Below are positions 63,383 to 64,000 of a stretch of 64,000 nucleotides of DNA, one piece after another. Position 1 is the stretch's first letter. Each line of letters begins with the position of its first letter. The notes below the pieces were generated by a model. It did not search any database. It saw nothing but the letters and a program-made list of their open reading frames with translations, and had not been told where the DNA came from. The stretch spans positions 1,056,001 to 1,120,000 of the forward strand of contig OY969474.1 in NCBI GenBank assembly GCA_963700145.1, written 5' to 3'. Both the position numbers and the translations under genes were made by a program. The stretch comes from an uncultured Acidobacteriota bacterium (lineage in GTDB: Bacteria > Acidobacteriota > Thermoanaerobaculia > Multivoradales > UBA5704).

Positions 63383-63999
63383 AAGGCGGCCGTGTCCGCC
63401 CGCCCGCAGAGGTTGCCGGGCGCGTTGTGGTACACCTTGACCGCCCCGGTCGTGGTGTCGGTCACCTTGATGTCGTACTCGACGTCGGAGAGGGCGCCGA
63501 AGAAGAACCAGAACTTGCCGTTGAGCGGCCGGCCGTCCAGCACCTTGACCACCAGCTCGGTGTTGCTGGCGCTGAAGAACCAGAAGAAGCCGCTGTTGTC
63601 GCCGTAGGGCACCGCGGTGGCGGCGCTGGTGACGCCGCCGTTCTTGAAGGTGCCCTCCACCTGGAAGCGACCGCCGAGGAGGCAGAGCGTGCCCGGCGAG
63701 CAGACCGTCTCCGTCGTCCCCCGCGCGGGCTCAGTCAGGACCAGCGGCTCGGCGACCGCGGCAGGCGCGGACGCGGCCGTGCTCCCCTGCGGGAAGGAAG
63801 TGACGTCGGCGTTGCCGCAGAAGTTGCCGGGGACGTTGTGGTAGGTCGCCGAGTCGCCGTTCGTTGTGTCGATCGCGACCACCCAGTACTCGACGTCCGA
63901 GAGACCCCCGTAGAAGGTCCAGAAGGCCTGGTTGATCGGCCGGCCGTCGAGGATCTTGACGATCAGCTCGATGTTGCTGGAGTCGAAGAACCAGAAGAA
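63379..63999 (-). CDS. 3' end of secreted repeat-domain protein (partial; start outside window)
   Basis: Two copies of 'FWFF..SN.EL.VK.LDGRP.N..FW.F.G.LSDVEY...YHN.PGN.CG'. Confidence 0.8.
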   Translation of the reverse strand, partial: FFWFFDSSNIELIVKILDGRPINQAFWTFYGGLSDVEYWVVAIDTTNGDSATYHNVPGNFCGNADVTSFPQGSTAASAPAAVAEPLVLTEPARGTTETVCSPGTLCLLGGRFQVEGTFKNGGVTSAATAVPYGDNSGFFWFFSASNTELVVKVLDGRPLNGKFWFFFGALSDVEYDIKVTDTTTGAVKVYHNAPGNLCGRADTAAF

Positions 64000-64000
64000 G

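Overview
Very GC-rich bacterial DNA, probably Acidobacteriota/Thermoanaerobaculia-like (inferred from the FWFF...ELVVKVLDG repeat protein at the right edge). Ordinary flanks are a polysaccharide cluster (1-4.8 kb) and housekeeping genes (38.6-64 kb: cmk, rluB, scpAB, trpS, recG, rnpB, ABC/M1 peptidase, chrAB). They enclose a ~33 kb CRISPR-Cas island (5.7-38.55 kb). The island carries one minus-strand run: cas6, CHAT-SAVED protease, ECF sigma factor, a giant zinc-finger anti-sigma/TM/TPR/CHAT fusion, a small acidic peptide, a caspase-like C14 protease, then cmr1, cas10 (HD-less, GGDD intact) and cmr3-6, i.e. type III-B. No Csm6/Csx1-type nuclease effector is visible. The best candidate new system is therefore a cOA-triggered three-protease cascade coupled to a membrane-anchored anti-sigma/ECF sigma switch. 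The island also holds three CRISPR arrays (37-bp repeat, roughly 95 spacers by hand count, minus-strand transcription inferred). They are interrupted by two identical IS256 copies and one IS3. A frameshifted second cas6, a collapsed cas1::cas2 scar and three toxin-antitoxin pairs complete it. Unexplained structure includes a spacer-end AGA(A) bias, an apparent polarity switch in the oldest spacers, and 21-bp and 42-bp periodic tracts. All calls are by-eye motif recognition; no database searches were run.
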